Assembly (NCBI GenBank): GCA_963815595.1
Contig: CAWFHA010000007.1
Span: 1,079,121 to 1,143,120 of the forward strand
Origin: an uncultured Actinomycetota bacterium
GTDB lineage: Bacteria > Actinomycetota > Actinomycetes > Propionibacteriales > Nocardioidaceae
DNA length: 64,000 nt
Direction: 5' to 3'
Made by a program: the position numbers and the translations under genes. Below, in pieces: positions 57,875 to 64,000 of this stretch (position 1 is the first letter of the stretch; each line of letters opens with the position of its first letter). The notes beneath the pieces are model-generated. The model was given only the letters and a program-made list of their open reading frames with translations, did not search any database and was not told where the DNA came from.

Positions 57875-58521
57875 GGCCGCAGGACGACCCGCGCCCTGAC
57901 CTGCGTCGGCTGATCGACTGGCTCGACGGACGGCTCTCTCCGGCCGACGCGGATCAGGTGGCGCGTCGGGTGGCCGATCCCGACCCGCTCACCGCGGCGA
58001 CGCTGAGCTGGTTGCGAGGGTTCCGCACCATGGCGGAGTCGAGCTCGGGCCGGGACGTGCCGCCGCGGGTGCGCCAGGACCTGCGCCGGCACTTCGCGAC
58101 CTGGAGCCGTGAGCGGGCGACCGGCTCATCGTCGGCGACCAGGCTCACGGCGCGGCTGGTCTTCGACAGCCGCCTCGACCTGGCACCCGCGGGAGTGCGT
58201 GGCACCGTCGACGACGACACCTGGCACCTCGCCTACACCAGCGACGACGCCGACGTCGTGCTGGACCTGCGCCGGGTCGCGCGCCAGCGCGTGTGCGTCG
58301 ACGGACAGGTCCTGCTCGCCGACGAGGGCGGCGGAGCTCCGGTGTTCACCGCGGTCCTCACCGCCGGCGAGGAGCCGGTCGAATCGGCGCCGGCCGACGA
58401 GCTCGGCCGCTTCCGCCTGCCCGCTGTCCCCGAACGCCACGCGCAGCTGGTGGTCGGCAACGGCGAGCTCGAGCTGACCGTGCACCTGGACCTGGACCCG
58501 GCCCGGGGCGAGGCTCCGTGA
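57871..58521 (+). CDS. Putative soluble anti-sigma factor (ASD-like N-terminus + beta-sandwich C-terminus)
   Basis: TTGA overlap with sigma; LIDWLDGRLSPADADQVARRV; ARLVFDS..AGVRG; ADELGRFRL; no TM or HxxxCxxC. Confidence 0.65.
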   Translation: MRPQDDPRPDLRRLIDWLDGRLSPADADQVARRVADPDPLTAATLSWLRGFRTMAESSSGRDVPPRVRQDLRRHFATWSRERATGSSSATRLTARLVFDSRLDLAPAGVRGTVDDDTWHLAYTSDDADVVLDLRRVARQRVCVDGQVLLADEGGGAPVFTAVLTAGEEPVESAPADELGRFRLPAVPERHAQLVVGNGELELTVHLDLDPARGEAP

Positions 58522-61297
58522 GCTCGGAGCCGCTGGAGGCAGCCGCAGCCGACGAGGTGTCGGAGGACGTCGCGGACGAGGCCGAGCTCGACCGCCTGCT
58601 CCTCCGCGCGACCGAGCTCGTCCACGACGACCCCGCCGCCGCCGAGGAGCTGTGCCGGCGCTGCGACAGCGCCGCCGACCATCTCGGCCTGCCGGCGCTC
58701 AGCGCCCGGGCCCGCTACCTGCGTGCCCGGGTGCTGACCGAGCGCGGCGAGCTCGCACCACGGACTCGACGCTGATCGAGGACGCTCGCCGCCTGTGGTG
58801 GGAGGCGGGTGCACGCGTGCCGGCACTGCGCACGTCGCTGGGCCGGATGCAGATCCTCGACGACCTGGGACGGCACCGGGAGGCAGTCGTGGTGGGTGAG
58901 GAGACGCTGGCTGCTCTGGGCGCGCTGCCACGGGAGAGCGACGACGTCGAGCTCCGCAACTGGCTGGAGGCGGCGGTGCAGGAGAACCTCGGCGTGGCCT
59001 GGGGCTTCCTCGGCGAGCACGAGCACGCCCTGGACGCCTACCACGCCGCCGAGTCCGTCTACCGGTCCCTGGACCTGGAGGAGGAGACCGGGCGCCCGCT
59101 GGCCAACCGGGGCATCGAGCTGGTGGCGCTGGGCCGGGGCCGCGAGGCGCTGGAGGTCCTGCTCGCGGCCGGGGAGGTCTTCGACCGGTCCGGTGACCGG
59201 CTGTGGGCCGCCAAGTGCTCCGGTCACGCTGCCCAGGCCCACCAGCAGCTCGGAGAGCTGCTACCGGCCCTGCGCCAGGTGGCCCGGGCCAGGCTCGTCC
59301 TCGACGAGCTCGGGGCCGAGGCGGAGTCCGCACGCCTCCAGCTCACCGAGGCGGACCTCTACCTGGCGATCGGGCTCGTGCCGGAGGCGCGCACCGCGGC
59401 GACCTCGGCCGCGACCCGCACGGCTGTCGCCGGGATGCGGCACGACGCCGCGTGCGCACGGTTCGTGGTCGCCCTGGCCGACCTGGACGTCGGCGACCTC
59501 GCCCGGGCGGACCGGGCACTGCACACGGCCGGCGAGAGGTTCGACGAGGTGGGCGACCGGCACCAGCGCGCCCGGGTCGACCTGGCCCTGGCCGAGCTCC
59601 GCGCCCGCGAGGGACGCGCCGAGGAGGCGGTCACCCTGGCCGCCGGTGCGGCGCGGGCCCTGCGCTCGGGGTCGTGGCTGGTGCCGCTGGCCGCCGCCGA
59701 GCTGTGGCTGGCCGACGCCTCCGACGACCCCGAGGCGGTCTCGGAGCACCTCGACGAGGTGGAGCGGCTGCTCGAGCGGGTGCGCCTGCCGCAGGTCCGC
59801 GTGCGGTACCTGGTCCGCCGCGCCCGCCAGCGACGGGCGAGCGGGGCGACCGAGGAGGCCGAGGCGCTCCTGCGGGAGGCCGTCGCGGAGGTGGACGACA
59901 CCCGGGCGTCCCTCGGCGACGAGGGGTTGCGCCGGGCCTTCTTCGGGCGGCGCCTGGCCCCCCACGACGAGCTCGTGGACCTGCTGGTCGATCGGGGCGC
60001 ACCCGGTGACCACGCGGCAGCGCTGCTGGTCAGTGACCGCGGCAAGGCCCGCACCCTGGTCGACCTGGTGGAGGGAACGATCGGACCCCGCGCACCGGCG
60101 GCACCGGATGCCCTGCTGGCCGACCTGCACATCCTCTACGCAGAGCTGCTGTCGGTCACCGACCCCGTGCGCCAGCGCTCGCTGCGCCGCCGGGCCGACG
60201 ACCTCGAGAGACGAGTGAGCACCGAGCGGGTGCGGCGGGCCTCGACCGAGCAAGCGCCGCCCGTCGGCCGACCGATCGCCCCGACGACCTGGCCGGACCG
60301 CTTGCTGAGCTACCACACCGCGGGCGCCGACCTGGTCGTGTTCGTCTCGCTGGCGGGGAGCACCGAGGCGATCCGGCTCCGCGGGGCCGTGCCGCTCGTG
60401 CACGAGCAGCTGACCCGGCTCGAGGCTCAGTGGAGCCGGTTCCGGATGGGGGCGAGCCTGCGCCAGCGCTCCGGCGCCACCTTGCTGGCCACCACGCAGG
60501 AGATCCTCCAGCGGCTGCACGACCTGCTCGTCGAACCTGTCGCAGGCCTGCTCCGCGGCGGTGACGTCGGGGCAGCGCTGGTCGTCGCACCGTCACGGGA
60601 GGTGCTCGACGTGCCCTTCCACGCGCTGCACGACGGCAGCACCAGCCTCCTCGAGCGTTGGTCGGTCACGGTGGCACCGGCCGCGGCCGGGCTGCGTGCG
60701 CCGGCACCGGTCCCGTCCGCCCGTGCCCTCGTGCTCGCCGTCGACGACGACCGAGCCCCGTCCCTGGCGCGGGAGGCGCGTGCGGTGTCAGCGGCGCTGC
60801 CCCACGCCCGGGTGCTGGTCGGCGAGGCGGCCACGAGCGACGCGCTCGTGGCCGGCGCACACGACCTCGACATCCTGCACGTCGCCTGCCACGGCCTCTA
60901 CCGCTCGGGCAACCCACTGTTCTCCTCGCTGCGCCTCGCAGACCGCTCGCTCACCGCTGCCGAGGTCCTCGAGCTGGACCTGAGCGGCACCGTGGTCGTG
61001 CTCAGCGCGTGCGAGACCGGGCGGCAGGGCGGAGCCACCGCCGAGCCGGTCGGGCTGGCCTGGGCCTTCCTGGCGGCGGGGGCACGGGGGGTCGTGGTGA
61101 GCCACTGGCTGGTCGACGACGACGCCACCGCCGATCTGATGTCGGAGTTCCACGCTCATCTGGCCTCGGGCAACGACCCCGCGACGGCGCTGCGGCGGGC
61201 GCAGCTCGCCGTGGCCTCGACCAGGCCGCACCCCTACCACTGGGCGGCATTCAGCTACGTCGCGGCACCCGCTGCGACCCGATCGGAAGTGAGATGA
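58518..61297 (+). CDS. TPR-repeat CHAT (caspase-like) protease, frameshifted between 58755 and 58772
   Basis: TPR-like helices; LHVACHG (His) and VVLSACETG (Cys); N-terminal frame stops at 58775 while the main frame runs to 61297. Confidence 0.88.
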
Positions 61298-62538
61298 CGA
61301 TGCGTGCGATGCCACGAGTGTGGGTGCTCGGCCTGGTGGCCGGGGCGCTGCTGGTCCCCGGCCCTGCGGAGGCGGCGAAGTGCCCGCCGGGCAGCCTGGC
61401 CGAGGTGGTGGTCGGCATCGACCTCTCGGGACCACGCACGATCGAGCAGGTGACGTCCGGGCTGCCCGTCACCGTCGAACGTCCGCTGGTGCGGTCGCGC
61501 GGCATCTGGGAGGTGCGCTCCACCGACCCGGACTACTGCGGCACGCAGTCCGCGGCCCGCAAGCTGGCCAAGAAGATCGAGAAGGACGACGCGGTCCGGT
61601 ACGCCGAGGCGGGCTACCTCGCACAGGTGGCCGACGACCGGTTCCACGCCTGGGCCTCCGATGCCGCGAGCGAGCCGACGGCCGACGCACGTGCCTGGAC
61701 CGACCAGCCCGTGGTCGGCTCGCTCGGACTGGCTGTTGCCCACGGCCGATCCCAGGGCGCCGGGTCGGTGGTGGCGGTGCTGGACACCGGCGTCTCGCGC
61801 ACCCACCCGGCGCTGTCCGGATCTCTCCTCCCGGGGTGGGACTACGTCGATGACGACGCCTCACCCGAAGAGACCCGCAACGGCCTCGACGACGACCTCG
61901 ACGGCCTGGCCGACGAGTCGTTCGGGCACGGCACCTTCCTCAGCGGCCTGGTCCTCCTCGTCGCCCCCCGTGCACGGGTGCTGCCCATGCGAGTGCTGGA
62001 CAGCGACGGTCGCGGGAACACCTTCGTGGTCGCGCAGGCGGTCGCCGACGCCGTGACGGCGGGCGCGGACGTGATCAGCCTCAGCTTCGGCACCACCGTG
62101 AAGCCGGAGTCCACGGTGCTCGAGGACGCGTTGAAGCAGGCCAGGAAGGCGGGGGTGGTGGTGGTGGCTGCCGCGGGCAACACGGGATCCAAGACCGAGC
62201 AGTTCCCCGCAGCCAGCCACGACGTCGTGGCCGTCGGCGCGCTCTCGGCCGACGGGTCCGGGCTGGCCGCCTTCTCCGGCTCCGGAGGCTGGGTCGACGT
62301 CGCGGCGCCCGGGGAACAGGTCGCCGGCCCGGTGCCGGGTGGCGGGTACGCCTGGTGGGACGGCACGTCGGTGGCCACCCCGTTCGTCGCCGGCCAGCTG
62401 GCCTTGCTGCGCTCGCAGCGGCAGGCCGAGCACGCCGACAAGCTGGTGGAGCGTGTCGAGAAGACCGCTCGCCGTCTCGAGCCCCGGGGCCGTCCCAAGA
62501 CCGACGCCATCGACATCGTGGGCAGCCTCGGGCCCTAG
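61294..62538 (+). CDS. Secreted S8 subtilisin-like serine protease
   Basis: Signal peptide ending AEA-A; VAVLDTG (Asp), GHGT (His), AAAGN, GTSVATP (Ser); acidic DDDLDGLAD loop; ATGA overlap with CHAT. Confidence 0.93.
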   Translation: MTMRAMPRVWVLGLVAGALLVPGPAEAAKCPPGSLAEVVVGIDLSGPRTIEQVTSGLPVTVERPLVRSRGIWEVRSTDPDYCGTQSAARKLAKKIEKDDAVRYAEAGYLAQVADDRFHAWASDAASEPTADARAWTDQPVVGSLGLAVAHGRSQGAGSVVAVLDTGVSRTHPALSGSLLPGWDYVDDDASPEETRNGLDDDLDGLADESFGHGTFLSGLVLLVAPRARVLPMRVLDSDGRGNTFVVAQAVADAVTAGADVISLSFGTTVKPESTVLEDALKQARKAGVVVVAAAGNTGSKTEQFPAASHDVVAVGALSADGSGLAAFSGSGGWVDVAAPGEQVAGPVPGGGYAWWDGTSVATPFVAGQLALLRSQRQAEHADKLVERVEKTARRLEPRGRPKTDAIDIVGSLGP

Positions 62539-62789
62539 ACGGGCCTCGGGGTCGAGCGACCCGTCAGCTCGGACTAGTCCGACCGGGTGGTTCTCACGGG
62601 GGCTCTGGGATTTGTCGTGGACCGGTGCATCACCGGGTTCCCCGACGTACACCGCAGGCGCGCGTTAGCCCCTCCGACGGGGCCGTGACCAGTCTTGTCC
62701 TGCTCGCACCCGGCGACGAGCGTGAACCGCGCAAGCAGGCACGGGGGGCGGTCTCGCCCTCCGACGACGCAACAAACAGGAGAGCTGAC

Positions 62790-62972
62790 ATGTCACGTTC
62801 AGGTCTGGTCAAGGCGGTCAAGCCCGCCAAGTGTGGTGGCGGCGGGAAGTCGTCGAAGTCCTCGAAGTCCTCGAAGTCCTCGAAGTCCTCGAAGTCGAAG
62901 AAGTCGAAGAAGTCGAAGAAGTCCCACGGCCGCGGCTGCAGGTGCGGCTGTGGTGGTGGCGGCGGCTACTGA
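62790..62972 (+). CDS. 60-aa cationic Lys/Ser-repeat peptide with Cys/Gly tail
   Basis: AGGAGA RBS; MSRSGLVKAVKPAKCGGGG(KSS)5(KSK)3KSHGRGCRCGCGGGGGY. Confidence 0.75.
   Translation: MSRSGLVKAVKPAKCGGGGKSSKSSKSSKSSKSSKSKKSKKSKKSHGRGCRCGCGGGGGY
62847..62927 (+). repeat. Nine tandem 9-bp units (AAGTCSWMS) encoding KSS/KSK
   Basis: AAGTCGTCG, (AAGTCCTCG)x4, (AAGTCGAAG)x3, AAGTCCCAC. Confidence 0.9.
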
Positions 62973-62998
62973 GCCACGGAACGAGGATCATCCACCTC

Positions 62999-64000
62999 AT
63001 GGGGGGATCCACCCGCAGGCACGGAGCGGGGCCGTCGCACCGACGGTCCCGCTTCGGGCGCGTCCGCAGCACCTGCGCGGCTCCGGTGCGGCTGTGGCGC
63101 CGGCTCCTGGAGCCGGTGCGCGGGCCCCACGACCTCGTGCAGGACGCCCCGCCACTGACCCTGCGCGAGATCTTCGACCGGTTCTGGCCCGACGTGCGCC
63201 CCCTGCGTTGGTGGGTGGTGCTCAGCACGGCCCTGGGTGCCACGCTCTCGCTGATCACGCTCGTGGAGATCGCGCTGTTCAAGTACGTCGTCGACGACGT
63301 GCTCGTTCCCGCCGACCTGAGCCCGCTGATGTGGATCGGCGCCTGCTACCTGGGCCTGGCCGTGCTGTCCGGCCTGCTCTCCGGCCTCTCCTCCTATCTC
63401 TCGACCTGGCTCTCCCACACCTTCTTGGCCACGCTCCGCACGCGCGTGTTCGCCCACGTCCTCTCCCTCCCGCAGGAGGTGCACGACCGTCGCCGCCTGG
63501 GCGACTCGATGGTCCGCATCACCAGCGACTCCTCGGCGGTCGAGGGGTTCATGATCAGCACCTTCCGTTCGGGTGTGACCACCGTCCTGACAGCGGTGTT
63601 CTACCTCGGCGCGCTGTTCCTGCTCGACGTGCAGCTCGCGCTCTCCTCGTTGGTCATCGTCCCCATCTTCTGGTTCCTGGCGCAGCGCTTCGCGCGGTTG
63701 ATCAAGATCACCGCCCGTGAGCAGCGGCGCCGGGGCGGCTCGCTGTCGGCCGTCACCGAGGAGCACCTGGGCAACGCCGGCCTCGTGCAGACCTTCAACC
63801 GGCAGGCTGACGCGACCCAGCAGTTCCACAAGGAGAACCTCGGGATCCGCGCGGCCTCCCTCGCCGCGGTCCGGATCCGGGCGCTGTTCTCCCCCGTCGT
63901 GGACCTCGCCGAGCTGGTCGGGGTCCTGACCGTGATCGTGCTCGGGACCCACTCCTTGGCCAGCGGGCGACTCACCCTGGGTGGCCTGATGGCGTTCTTG
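62999..64000 (+). CDS. ABC exporter, transmembrane domain (runs off window)
   Basis: Open frame from ATG 62999: APPLTLREIFDRFWP, RRLGDSMVRITSD, EEHLGNAGLVQTFNR; absent from ORF track because no stop codon is reached. Confidence 0.85.
   Translation, partial: MGGSTRRHGAGPSHRRSRFGRVRSTCAAPVRLWRRLLEPVRGPHDLVQDAPPLTLREIFDRFWPDVRPLRWWVVLSTALGATLSLITLVEIALFKYVVDDVLVPADLSPLMWIGACYLGLAVLSGLLSGLSSYLSTWLSHTFLATLRTRVFAHVLSLPQEVHDRRRLGDSMVRITSDSSAVEGFMISTFRSGVTTVLTAVFYLGALFLLDVQLALSSLVIVPIFWFLAQRFARLIKITAREQRRRGGSLSAVTEEHLGNAGLVQTFNRQADATQQFHKENLGIRAASLAAVRIRALFSPVVDLAELVGVLTVIVLGTHSLASGRLTLGGLMAFL

Noticed and set aside
57195-62650. Shared GCATC...CGT motif upstream of the sigma (57195) and the peptide (62627) as the ECF promoter
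   Set aside because: Spacers of 13 and 14 nt differ and are shorter than typical ECF spacing; too short to support.
62847-62927. Tandem repeat as a possible CRISPR array linked to the CHAT protease
   Set aside because: 9-bp contiguous units with no spacers, in frame within a peptide; no cas genes in the window.

Overview
High-GC actinobacterial chromosome segment; gene content and order suggest a Nocardioides-like organism (inference). Mostly core genes: metH 5' end, PAC2, mshC, corA, uppP, furA-katG, tRNA-Leu(GAG), guaB1, galK, two acyl-CoA dehydrogenases, def, siroheme synthase, a monofunctional catalase, SPFH/NfeD, serB, moaA, an ABC-F protein and a bioB-bsaP-bioA-bioF-bioD operon. Three accessory regions stand out. 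(1) 9.0-15.9 kb, next to the tRNA 3' end: an M23 peptidase with a structured leader, katG, and a lipoprotein fusing an NlpC/P60 domain with a Cys-to-Asp change to a lytic-transglycosylase-like domain. (2) 35-43 kb: a cyanophycin locus (cphB-cphA1) facing a CphA paralogue that lacks the ATP-grasp domain. (3) 57.2-64 kb, the best candidate for an undescribed system: a translationally coupled ECF sigma / soluble anti-sigma-like protein / TPR-CHAT caspase-like protease / secreted S8 subtilase cassette, followed by a 60-aa Lys/Ser-repeat, Cys-tailed peptide and an ABC exporter. bioD and the CHAT gene each carry a frameshift (real or sequencing error). I saw no transposase, integrase, cas gene or CRISPR array. 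All calls come from motif recognition by eye; no searches were run.
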